Source of the DNA: Samistivirus egole
Lineage: Duplodnaviria > Heunggongvirae > Uroviricota > Caudoviricetes
Length of the DNA stretch: 60,107 nt
Strand: one strand, 5' to 3'
IMG/VR virus record: IMGVR_UViG_2974779775_000001
Span: 1 to 60,107 of that record
Position 1 is the stretch's first letter. Each line of letters starts with the position of its first letter. The notes beneath the pieces were generated by a model. That model was given only the letters and a program-made list of their open reading frames with translations, had not been told where the DNA came from and did no database searches. Positions 30,709 through 41,300 of the stretch are shown one piece after another. A program made the position numbers and the translations under genes.

Positions 30709-31110
30709 ATGAGTTTTGAAAAGATGAAGGTTGATGAGCTGCGTCAGATTGCTGACGATTTTGCAGTGGACATCGACCCAAAGGACAACAAGGCAGTTAT
30801 TCTCAGCAAGCTGGTTGAGAATGGCGTGACCTACGATTACTACCGAAAGCAGATTGGTGCGGAAGAAGAGAACCCGGCACCAATTGTTGCTCCAACCCCA
30901 ACTTTCGATAAGCCTGCGGAGCCTGACGAAGACGAGAAGGTTCTTCTTCGCATGACTCGTGACAACGGAACCTTTGAAGTAAGAGGTGTACGATTCACTA
31001 AGGCCAACCCTTACGCAATTGTGCGAGAGCGAGATGCTGATTACATCCTTGAGAAGTACGAAGGATTCAGAATTGCCTCTCCAAAGGAAGTTCGAGAGTT
31101 CTACGGCTAA
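30709..31110 (+). CDS. Head-associated protein with an N-terminal Rho-N/HeH-like helix pair
   Basis: EKMKVDELRQIA...KAVILSKL; GGAGG RBS. Confidence 0.65.
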   Translation: MSFEKMKVDELRQIADDFAVDIDPKDNKAVILSKLVENGVTYDYYRKQIGAEEENPAPIVAPTPTFDKPAEPDEDEKVLLRMTRDNGTFEVRGVRFTKANPYAIVRERDADYILEKYEGFRIASPKEVREFYG

Positions 31111-31133
31111 AAGAGACCCTTCGGGGTCTCTTT
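31110..31133 (+). terminator. Intrinsic terminator
   Basis: AAAGAGACCC-TTCG-GGGTCTCTTT. Confidence 0.8.
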
Positions 31134-31160
31134 GCTATTTAAGCTGAAACAATCTATAAT
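31132..31160 (+). promoter_or_regulatory. Promoter giving a leaderless mRNA
   Basis: TTGCTA-N17-TATAAT-N6-ATG(31167). Confidence 0.75.
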
Positions 31161-31166
31161 GCAGAC

Positions 31167-32039
31167 ATGGAAATCTACCGAGACACTACAAGCACTGTTA
31201 CTCTGGAACATCCAGTAACAGGAACCCTAACCGCTGATGTATTGCGCGGTGATACAGTGATTTCCGCTAACCAGCCTGTTACCTCAAATGGTAATGTCCA
31301 CACGACTACTCTTGACTGGAGTCTGACTGAATACGATGGCACATTGAAGGTCGTCTGGAAGAAGACGGGATTCGAACGCTCAACATATGTTGATGTAGTG
31401 ACTCCTATTGTTCCTCTTTCTCAGCTAGCAGTTCTTCTTGAGGACGTTGCGGAGCAAGACCGATATGATGCCGAAGCTGTTGTCAGACGAATCATCGAGG
31501 TATATACTGGACAGAGTTTTGGTAAGTTCAGGGGAGCGAAGGATGTGGCCGGTAACGACAGTAGCCGTCTAGCCCTTCCATCACCCCTCATCTCATTTAC
31601 AGATATGACCGACAGTGTACTGAGCTACAACCCTTCTTCATTCCGTATCACGGGCGAAGGATGGTTCCTTGGCCAGGCTCCAGGAGCATATTGGACCATT
31701 AAGGATGCACCTCCAGAGGAAGTCCTTGACCAATTCAGTGATGGAGTAATTTACGCGCCTGGCACTATCAAGAAGCGAGATTTCACCTATACCTCTGTCT
31801 ATACCATTACAGGCGACTGGGGATATGAGACGGTTCCTTTCCCTGTCGTTCAGGCAGCCAAGATGCTGATTTCTGACTATGCATGTCAGGACTCTTCCTA
31901 CCGAGACAAGTATCTCGAATCAATGAAGGCAGCAGACTGGAGAATCCAGTTCACTCAGGCAGCTTACGACGGCACCGGAAATCTAAAGGCAGACCAGCTC
32001 CTTGACCCATATAGGCTAACCAATATGGTGGTAATATGA
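31167..32039 (+). CDS. Head-to-tail adaptor
   Basis: Position; I..YTGQ.F, G.WG...VP..V.QAA..L pattern. Confidence 0.72.
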   Translation: MEIYRDTTSTVTLEHPVTGTLTADVLRGDTVISANQPVTSNGNVHTTTLDWSLTEYDGTLKVVWKKTGFERSTYVDVVTPIVPLSQLAVLLEDVAEQDRYDAEAVVRRIIEVYTGQSFGKFRGAKDVAGNDSSRLALPSPLISFTDMTDSVLSYNPSSFRITGEGWFLGQAPGAYWTIKDAPPEEVLDQFSDGVIYAPGTIKKRDFTYTSVYTITGDWGYETVPFPVVQAAKMLISDYACQDSSYRDKYLESMKAADWRIQFTQAAYDGTGNLKADQLLDPYRLTNMVVI

Positions 32040-32524
32040 CGTGCCTTCTTTCTTCTCGATTCAATATGCGAGCCACTGTGCTTCGTCAGTCTGGAACCAA
32101 TCCACAGGAAAATCCCGGTGGTCATTGGGAAACTCAGCAAGACCCAGAAACAGGAGATATCATCCGAGTATGGGTACCAGACGAAGACAGTGATACTCCA
32201 GGAGACCAGACACTAGTAATCAAGTGCATGGTTCGAGGGGTCACAAATGGTGGTATTCGTGTAGCAGGAACAACCCAGCGATACTCAGAAGTTTATGAGA
32301 ATATCGACTGGGCTACTTTGGTTTTCCCAAAGGGAGTCATCCTGTCAAAGCGTGACCGAATCACCAATGTCTCCAATGCAAAGGGAGACATCATCTGGAG
32401 AGAAGAAGAAATTCAAGGAGCACCAGCGACCGTATTCATGGTTATGGGTGTAACTCCAGTCGTTGACCCATTCGGAAATCACATTGAAAATACAGCTCTG
32501 ATTCAGAGGGCTCAGGTACAGTAA
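32036..32524 (+). CDS. Head-to-tail stopper
   Basis: Synteny; translationally coupled. Confidence 0.6.
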   Translation: MTCLLSSRFNMRATVLRQSGTNPQENPGGHWETQQDPETGDIIRVWVPDEDSDTPGDQTLVIKCMVRGVTNGGIRVAGTTQRYSEVYENIDWATLVFPKGVILSKRDRITNVSNAKGDIIWREEEIQGAPATVFMVMGVTPVVDPFGNHIENTALIQRAQVQ

Positions 32525-33324
32525 TGGCAGTGGCAAAGGGCAAGGCATTTCTTGCTGTCAATGCGGACACAATTGAAGTGTCTGCTCTCACGGGATTCAT
32601 CACTGGCTTGTCAGCTAAGGTTGGCAACGATGTGAATACAGGCCCGGTATTGAATTACGCTCACGACAAACTGTCTGAGCGCTTTGACGCATATATGTCT
32701 GTAATAGCCCCAGCCGCACCAGGCCAATTCCACCACGTCTATGACTGGGGAAGAATTGGTGTTCCGCAAGCTCAGCTTTGGAAGAATGTACTGAGAGGTC
32801 GGGGAAACGACCGGTACGCATCCTTTGAATTCAGAGCGTCTGTATTGCCAGTCCCTTTTCCAGAAGGGGACAAGAAGCCATTCAGACGAAAGCACAGATT
32901 TATCTATAAGGCCATGATTATGGAATACAACATGGCTGTGACCATTCGTCCTAAGCGAGCAAAGATTCTGGCATTCCCTGTGGAAGACCGAATCATTTTC
33001 ACAAAGGGGCCTGTGGTCGTACAGAATCCTGGTGGTGCTGCAACCACTGGAGCATTCACAGCAGCATGGACAAGTTGGTGGACAGGAGCCGGTGCAGAGC
33101 AGGTCTTCAATTCAGAAATTAGGAAGACCCTGGAAGGAGACCTGTCAGAAAAAGCAATGGCTAGATTCATCAGAAGGTTCAAGCCAGCACGCAAGAAGGC
33201 TGTGAAGCTCTCCATTGCAGACAACAATGCCGCATTCGCAAATGGAGCCAGGCTCGCAGAGGAGTTCCTTGCAGAAAGAAATAGAAAGAACGCGGCACGA
33301 AGGAGAGTAAATGACGAGCTATAA
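32524..33324 (+). CDS. Neck / tail-completion protein
   Basis: Synteny; HHVYDWG conserved-looking motif. Confidence 0.55.
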   Translation: MAVAKGKAFLAVNADTIEVSALTGFITGLSAKVGNDVNTGPVLNYAHDKLSERFDAYMSVIAPAAPGQFHHVYDWGRIGVPQAQLWKNVLRGRGNDRYASFEFRASVLPVPFPEGDKKPFRRKHRFIYKAMIMEYNMAVTIRPKRAKILAFPVEDRIIFTKGPVVVQNPGGAATTGAFTAAWTSWWTGAGAEQVFNSEIRKTLEGDLSEKAMARFIRRFKPARKKAVKLSIADNNAAFANGARLAEEFLAERNRKNAARRRVNDEL

Positions 33325-33868
33325 GCTAACAGGCTCACATGCAGTCAATGCCTTTACTCAGGCTAAGCTAGTAGAGGCTGGCTTTCTCAACATGGCTGAT
33401 TACAAAGTGCTGACACCAATCATTCCAGCGCAGCAGCAGCCAGAATTCACCAATCTCCCCAAGGGCATTCCGTTCATTGTTTACAACTATGCACAGGAAG
33501 GCACCTATCAAGACTGGTGGCTTGAGCACGAGCAGCTTGCATATGTGGTCTATACAGATGATGCAAATAAAATCAGAGACATCATTCACTATCTGACTCA
33601 GCTATATCGTAGATTCGATTGGTCTGCTGATGAGTTGAATGACTGGCTTCTTGGAAGTGATTGGAAAGATGGTGGCGCTGGTACTCCAAACCAAAGGGCC
33701 TTTGAGTTTAAGTACATCAGAGTAGTGAATTCAACTAGCATTGAGCCAGCTACCGAAGAAGGTGGAAGACATTCAGCAATGATTGTATTGCATGTGTGTT
33801 TCACCAGTGACCTTGATGGAGAACCTGAGCTAGGAACGAGACACAACAAGCTGGGAATGAGAGCCTAG
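33311..33868 (+). CDS. Tail terminator
   Basis: Synteny immediately before the major tail protein; PFIVY motif. Confidence 0.6.
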   Translation: MTSYKLTGSHAVNAFTQAKLVEAGFLNMADYKVLTPIIPAQQQPEFTNLPKGIPFIVYNYAQEGTYQDWWLEHEQLAYVVYTDDANKIRDIIHYLTQLYRRFDWSADELNDWLLGSDWKDGGAGTPNQRAFEFKYIRVVNSTSIEPATEEGGRHSAMIVLHVCFTSDLDGEPELGTRHNKLGMRA

Positions 33869-33869
33869 T

Positions 33870-33898
33870 TTGCTTCATAACCCCGCTGCCCTTAACAT
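33870..33898 (+). promoter_or_regulatory. Promoter for major tail protein
   Basis: TTGCTT-N17-TAACAT. Confidence 0.6.
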
Positions 33899-33959
33899 AA
33901 TCTTGAGGAAGTGCTCTAGCCAAGCAACACTTTTTCAAGAAAAGAGGTGAAAGAAAAAC

Positions 33960-34583
33960 ATGGCATATCAGGTTAAGAACATTATCATTGGTGCAGCAGC
34001 GGTTTACCTATCAGCGGAAGACTCCACTGAGTGGACAGCAGCGCCAACCCTTCCAAGTCCATCCGGTACAGCTAGCATGACGCCTGCCCTAGACGCAGAC
34101 GCATCCTGGAAGCACTCCGGATTTACTTCCGAAGGTGTCGAGGTTTCTTACGAGCCAGACTACGGTGAGGTAGAAGTTGACCAGCTTCTCGACTCCGCTA
34201 AGCTATTCAAGCAGTCTATGCGAGTAATGGTTAACACCACCTTCTCAGAGGCTACTCTTGAGAACCTTCTCATCGTTTGGGGACAGCAGAACACCACCCT
34301 GACTTCCGGTGCAAGTGATACCACTCTCGGAATTTCAGCAGGTGCTCTTGGTGACGAGCCAACCGAGCGTTCCGTAGCCTTTGTAGGCCCTGCACCACGT
34401 GCAGATGCCGGTACAAAGAGAGAGCGTGTATACCACGTACGACGTGCTCTATCAATTGAGTCTTCTTCTCATTCACTGAGGAGAAATGAGGCAACGGTAT
34501 TCCCAGTCTCATTCCGACTTCTTCCAGACCCAAGCTTCTCAGGTCAGGAGTACGGTGTGATTAAGGACAGGAACATCGCCTAA
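33960..34583 (+). CDS. Major tail protein
   Basis: NIIIGAA.VY, GFTSEGVEVSYEP, EATLENL, FPVSFRLLPD. Confidence 0.82.
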   Translation: MAYQVKNIIIGAAAVYLSAEDSTEWTAAPTLPSPSGTASMTPALDADASWKHSGFTSEGVEVSYEPDYGEVEVDQLLDSAKLFKQSMRVMVNTTFSEATLENLLIVWGQQNTTLTSGASDTTLGISAGALGDEPTERSVAFVGPAPRADAGTKRERVYHVRRALSIESSSHSLRRNEATVFPVSFRLLPDPSFSGQEYGVIKDRNIA

Positions 34584-34602
34584 TCCGATGACTTTCAGCG
34601 TT

Positions 34603-34623
34603 AGCCCCCGAAAGGGGGCTTTC
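34603..34623 (+). terminator. Intrinsic terminator
   Basis: AGCCCCC-GAAA-GGGGGCT-TTC. Confidence 0.8.
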
Positions 34624-34680
34624 GCATTTTGGATTATGAGAACCCATTGATATAATCAAGTTAAACACATAGGAGGAAAT

Positions 34681-35025
34681 GTGGCAACACAGGTTTACAC
34701 AGTCGAAGAGATTGTTCTACAGGATGGCACTGAGGTAACTCTCAAGCCACTGAACATTAAGAATCTCCGACGATTCATGAAGAAGTTCAAGGAAATTGAG
34801 AAGCTAAAGGAAGACGACGAGGTAGTTGACTTCCTGATTGAAGTTGGACAGCTATGTCTCTCATCTCTGTACAAGGAGTACGAGGACACAGAAAAGTTCG
34901 AAGACGCAGTTGACATGCCAACGGTTCACAAGATTATCGAAATCTGTGGAGGGGTTAAGTTGAATGACCCGGAACTGATGGCCGCAGCGGCGGCAGTGAT
35001 GGAGCAGCAAGCTGGGACGAGCTGA
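34681..35025 (+). CDS. Tail assembly chaperone (G)
   Basis: Position after the major tail protein; AGGAGG RBS. Confidence 0.8.
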   Translation: MATQVYTVEEIVLQDGTEVTLKPLNIKNLRRFMKKFKEIEKLKEDDEVVDFLIEVGQLCLSSLYKEYEDTEKFEDAVDMPTVHKIIEICGGVKLNDPELMAAAAAVMEQQAGTS

Positions 35026-35324
35026 ATCTAACCCAGCTTGAAGCAGAACTTTTCCTGCTAGGCATTTGGAAAAACTTCGAAGAGATTGAAGAAAATCTGA
35101 CATTGGCAGAACTGGAGAAGCTACTAGAAGTAAAGCGAGACCAGGACTGGCAGAATAAGAAATTCGCGGCAGCGTTGAAGGGTATCGACCTAGATGAACC
35201 ACAAGACAAGGAAGCTGCAACCTTCGATGACATCAAGCGCAGAGCAGAAGCCAAGAACAGGGGCGTATCAGCCGAGGAGCTGGAGTTTGCTGAGATTGGC
35301 ATTGGAATAGAAGGAGATGACTGA
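34968..35324 (+). CDS. Tail assembly chaperone extension (GT), reached by a probable -1 frameshift
   Basis: The -1 frame is open 34968-35324 (…SWDELNLTQLEAELFLLGIWKNFEEIEENL…) with no ATG/GTG before this region. Confidence 0.65.
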   Translation, partial: PGTDGRSGGSDGAASWDELNLTQLEAELFLLGIWKNFEEIEENLTLAELEKLLEVKRDQDWQNKKFAAALKGIDLDEPQDKEAATFDDIKRRAEAKNRGVSAEELEFAEIGIGIEGDD

Positions 35325-35326
35325 CA

Positions 35327-38300
35327 ATAGAGAACATTAATATCCGCTTTAGTGCTACTGCGGATTTCCGTGCGGCTCGAACTGAAATCGAAGCCATTAA
35401 CGCTCAGCTTGCAGCAATGCAGGCTAATTTGGCGCGCGGAATGACGCCAGCAGCCCTTGCAACGAATCAGGCGGCATTCAGGAATCAGGTTCGCAGTCTT
35501 GGTAGTATGACTACCGAGACAATGCGTGTTGCCTCCGCGTCTGAAATGTACACCAAGGCGCTTCTAAAGGAGGATGTTACTCTTCGTCAGGCTCTAAAGA
35601 ACCGAACCACATTCAACCAGGTTCTTCGTGAGCAGTACCAGTTGAGTAGAGCCGCTTCAATGCAGTGGAGCACAAACACTCGTGGCGGCTCTACCATGGA
35701 CCTCATCGTTCCTCGTGACGCTCCAGAGCGTCTAGGTAAATTCCGTCAAACACTTAGCGCTGTGCGTGCTGGAACTATTTCCACAAACGTAGCGCTAGGC
35801 GAGATGGCCATCAAGATGGGTCTCGTCAGTCAGGTTGCTGCCTCTGCTGGTGCCAACATGATTAAGTGGGGTAAGAACACTCAGTGGGCTGGTCGTCAGC
35901 TAATGGTTGGTTTGACCCTTCCAGTAGTTGCGGCCGGTGCTGCAATGGGTAAGCTTGCCTATGACGTAGAAGCTCAGATGACTCGTATCAATAAGGTATA
36001 CGACTTCTCAGCCACCAAGGACCAGAACGCAGCAAAGAATGCACAGGAAACTGCAACCCTCAGAGCTAACTCTATGAGGGCTGCTAAGACTGCCGCAGAA
36101 CAGTTTGGTGCATCAATGAAGGACACCCTTTCAGTTGAAGCAAACCTGGCAGCAACTGGTGAAAAGGGTAATGAGCTTATTGGTAAGACCACCGAGGTTA
36201 TGCGTCTTGCGACTCTTGGTGAAATGGATTACCAGAGAGCCCTAGAAACCACCATCACCTTGCAGTCAGTTTATGGAGACAACACTTCTAAGTTGGCCGA
36301 AGACTTCAACTACATGAACGCAGTAGAGAATGCAACTTCTCTATCCATCGAAGACTTCTCAAAGGCTCTGCCAAAGGTAGCTGCCCCAATGAAGACTCTT
36401 AATGGTACTTTGCAAGATGCTGGTACTCTATTGGTTGCAATGCGTGCTCGTGGTATCAATGCAGTTGAAGGTGCAAACGCAATCAAGGCGTCCTTCACCA
36501 GAGTATTGAAGCCTACTAAGCAGGCCAAGGACATGTTCCAGATTTTCACCCGACAGTCATTGACAGAGCTTACTGACAAGACTAATGGTGAAGTCATTCC
36601 TACGTTCCAGGCATTGCAGAAGGCGACGGCCGGTCTTACAGGAAAGCGTCGTCAGGCTCTATTTGCATCTCTATTCGGTACGCAGCAGACCACTCGTCTA
36701 CAGGCAATCGTTGAAGAGATGGGTAATCTAGAAGACGAAACAACTCAGGTTGGTAAGGCATATCAGATTGCCAAGCAGGATTCAAGCGTTTGGGCCGAGT
36801 CCGCTAGTCGAGAGATGGAGGCATTGCAGAACAGTGCTTCTGGTCGTCTAAAGATTGCCATTGAGTCTCTAAAGGTGCAGCTCGCAGAAGCAGGTAAGCC
36901 ATTCCTTGAGATTGCAGGATACATCGTACGAGGTGTAACTGCTATCGTCAAGGCATTCAACGACCTTCCAGGACCAATCAAGTCATTCGCTAGTATTGCA
37001 ATTATTGCCGGTGCTATTGCCGGTCCTGTCATCATGCTCGTAGGTCTGTTCGCCAACTTGGCAGGACAGGCAGTCAAGATGGGTGCAGGTCTTCTTGGAC
37101 TCGTATTCCGATTCCGTGCACTTCTACCAGAGCAGGTAGCATCACGTCTTGCCTCAATGCAGCAGACGGCAGCAATGCAGACTCAGCAGGGTCAGACTCA
37201 GGCCCTTATCGCAACGGTAAATGAACTTACCGCAGCCCTTGGACGAGCTACAGCAGCTCAGCAGGGGCTTACTCAGGCTTCCCGAACGGGCCAGGCAGCA
37301 ATGGGTGTAAGGCCAGGTGTAGTATCTGGCGCTCCTATTCCTGTCAATACTCCTACGCCAACTACTCCAGTCGTTGGTCCAATTACGCCTACCGCAGCAG
37401 GATACCGTGACTCAACCGGTCGTGCACTTACCACAGCAGAGGTAAGAAACTGGCAGGCAGCACAGGCGGCATCTGCAAGCATTAATCAGAACGCAGCAGC
37501 AACTCGTCGTAACTGGACTCAGATGGGTAGCAGTTTCCAGAACCTAGCACTCGGTGCAGGATTCATGGGAGCAATGGTTACCGATTCTGGAACGATGGCT
37601 AACAACATCTCTCAGATGCTTATCCCTCTAGCCCTATTCGGCCCAATGCTTATCGGTCCAATTGTCAAGTTCGCTGGAGCCATCAAGACCCTTGTCATGC
37701 CTGCCATCAGTGCGGTTGGTAGCGCTGCTACTTCTGCATTCGGAACTGTCGCTACAAGAGGCCGGGCAGCAATGGGTGCCGTTCGTAGCTCTATTGGCGG
37801 AGCAGTTGCAGCAATGGGTGGACTGAGCGCAGTCATGGGAACTGTCCTTGCTGTAGCTCTTGCAATTGGTGCAGCCTGGTACATCATTAATAAGAATGTA
37901 GCTGCCTCTCGTAAGGAGCAGGAGAACATTGAAAAGTCTTCTGAGGCATGGGCAAAGACTCTTGGATTCACCTACACTGAGCAGCAGAAGATTGTTGCGC
38001 AGGGAACTCACAACGTTTCTTCTCTGAATGACAAGATGAATGAATTCAAGAAGAACAACAAGGACGCCTACCAGGACATTCAGAAGTTCTATGATGCAGA
38101 TGAGGCAGAGAAGTGGGGCCGTGCAATTGAAGAGGGTGTAAAGGTTCGTCTTCATGGTGGTACCGTAAGTGCCGCTCAGGAAGCCGTAAAGACATCTCTT
38201 GCAATTATGGGTCAGCGTTACAGCAATGCCGAGTTCCAGTATAAGCTAAAGGCACAGATTGACTTTGACGACGTTTCTCAGGTTATCGAGAAGCGTCTAA

Positions 38301-41300
38301 AGGATGCTGCCACGGATATGCGTGACGCTACCAATTTGAAGTTTGACCAGTCTAAGTCTGAAAGCTTTGGACGATTCTTCGCCAACCCAGGAACCATTCA
38401 GCAGAAGGCCGGTGAGGCAATGAAGGCCAATGCTAAGGACCTTTGGGACATCTATGACAACACTCAGGAAGCAGAGAAGAAGAAGGTATTTGATAAGATT
38501 GCCGAGTCTGTAAACTCTGAGTCTGTCAAGCTATTTGAGACCTACAAGAAGAAGTATTCCAAGGAATTCAAGGAAATGGGAATCGAGACCTTTAAGGACT
38601 GGACTGACTATCTAAACAAGGACAGCAACATCGAATCTGGTGTAGCCGACATTTCTCTTGGACAGAAGCTTGGGCTTTCTGATGGAGAAATCCACAAGGT
38701 GCAGCGTGCAGGAGACGCCGTAAAGGGATTCTCCAAGGAATTTGCTGACATGCAGGGTATTCCGAAGGGTAAGGCTGGGGTTAACTTCAATGACCTCACA
38801 AAGGAACTTCCTGAGCTACAGAAGACCAAGCAGGAGCTATGGTCTGTAAAGCAGGCCGAAGACGGATACTACTCCTCACTTCGTGAAAGAAGTCGCGCAG
38901 GGGTAGAGACCTCTGATGCCGACAGACTTGCCACTCTGAACATCTACAGAAGAATGGCCGGTCTGGAAGACGCTACCTCTCTTGAGCAGATGTTCCAGAA
39001 GGAAATTGATAAGAGCACAGACTCTCTAACTGAGAACATGAATGCATGGGAAGCAAACTCCGATAACATCGGAGACTTCACTGACGCCTATAAGGGAGTT
39101 ATGTCCAATACTCGTGATGAGGCACTTGGACAGGCAGAAAATCTTCTTAACGACCAGATGCAGGGAGAAATCGACGGCATCAATGCACGTTCCGAGGCAC
39201 GCTCAAAGGCTCTGGATGCTGCTCAGGAAAGAGCAGATAAGAGATTTGATGAGCGACAGGACCGTACAGAAAAGCGTTTCGAGGCGAAGCAGGAAGCCCT
39301 TGACAACAAGTACGAGAAGAAGCAGAAGGCGTTCGACAAGAAGTGGGACAATATCATGGAGAACCATGATAAGAAGTGGGAAGGTCGAACTGATTCTATC
39401 AACAAGGCGTACGATGCCAAGGTAAAGAAGATTGAAGATGCTATCAAGGCTGAGGAACAGGCCGAGCAGAAGCGTCAGGAAATCTTCGAAAAGGAAAAGA
39501 CTCGTATCCAGCGCATGGCGTCTCTTGCCAATCAGAACATTGACTTCAACATGGCTATCAATTCAGGTAACCTTGATGAGGCTGCAAAGATTGGTAACAA
39601 CATCCAGGCGGATATGGATTCTTGGGCTACCGAGGATGCTTCCGCAGCTAGCCAGTCTGCATCTGACAAGAAGATTGAATCTCTCAACAATCAGAAGACA
39701 ACTGTTGAAGCCGAAAGAGACCGCCGTCTCAAGGTCATTCAGCAGATGGAAGAGGCTGAGAAGAAGCAGCTACAGGCGCGTAAGGAGCGTGAGCAGGAAG
39801 CTCTAAACGCTCAGCGCGATGCTGCCAACAAGGCTTTGCAGATTGCTCGTGAGACAGCACTCAAGAAGATTCAGATTGAGCGTGAAGCCTACAACAAGGG
39901 AATTCAGGCTCAGCGTGAGGCATTGCAGAAGGAGACCAATGACAAGATTAAGGCAACTCAGAGAAAGTATGAGGCTGCAAAGCGTGCCATTGAGCTTGAA
40001 CTTGCCACTCTAAAGGCATTCGTTCCACGAAACAAGAAGGAACTCGATGAGCAAATCAAGAAGATTGAGGCGGCTTACCAGAAGTACGGTGTAAATCTAA
40101 AGGGCAAGGGTAATGACTGGTCCAAGTACATCAAGGACAGTCTTAACAAGAACGTCAGCGCTGCTGCATCCGACCTCAAGAACAAGATTGCTTGGGATAA
40201 GATTGCAAAGAGCGTAGCCAGTGAAATTTCCGAAGGTGCATTCGGTCTTACAATTGGTCAGTTCTCTGATTGGGTTTCAACCGGTAAGCTTCCTAAGTCT
40301 GGTCTAAATGAGAAGTCTGGAAAGAACAAGTCTCTAGACGCTCACCACGAGGGTGGTCTTATTGGTGGAAAGTCCGGTGGTTCAGGTAGAACTGGATATG
40401 CTGGTGGTCGTGCTCATTCCGAGCTAGACATTCGTGCAAAGCGTGGCGAATACATGATGAAGGATAAGGCCGTAAAGAAGTACGGTGTTGACTTCATGGA
40501 GAACATCAATGCCGGAAAGCTAGGAACTGGTGGTATTGGTGGAGCCGAAGGAATGGGTCTACCAGGTCTCCTTGGTGCTGGAATGGCCGGTATGATGCAG
40601 GCCATGATTCAGAAGGGTATTCAGCAGGGTGCTGACTCCGCTCTGATGATGGGTATTGACGGAATGGGTATTCCAGGTGCAGCCGGTATGTACGGAAACG
40701 TCATGCTTAATGCTGAGCAGCTACAGAATGCAGCAACCATTATTGCGACCGGTAAGGGAATGGGAGCCAATCCTACAGACCTTATCGTTTCCATCATGAC
40801 TGCTATGCAGGAGTCCACTCTAAGGAATCTCAATTACGGTGACCGTGACTCTCTTGGTCTATTCCAGCAGCGTCCTTCACAGGGTTGGGGAACTCCTGAG
40901 CAGATTCGTACTCCTTCTTATGCGGCACGTAAGTTCTTCGAGCACTTGCTTGCAATGAAGGGTCGCGGAAAGCTACCTCTATGGGAGCAGGCTCAGAGGG
41001 TTCAGCGTTCTGGATTCCCAATGGCTTACGCAAAGTGGGAAGCAATGGCACGAGCAGTTGTGGCTGGAACTGGATTCAAGGCATTCGGAAGTGGCGCAAA
41101 GCGTCGTCCAGTAAATGGCCCGGTGTCCAGAGACTATGCTCACCACTCAAACCTACCACGAGCTACTGACTTTGGTGTAGGAGTAGGCACACCAGTCTAC
41201 GCAGCAATGAACGGTAATGTCACCACCTCTACGGACCTCCGTGGAAACGGCAATGGCGGATACCGCTCATACGGTCGCTACGTCGTAGTTCAGAATGGCT

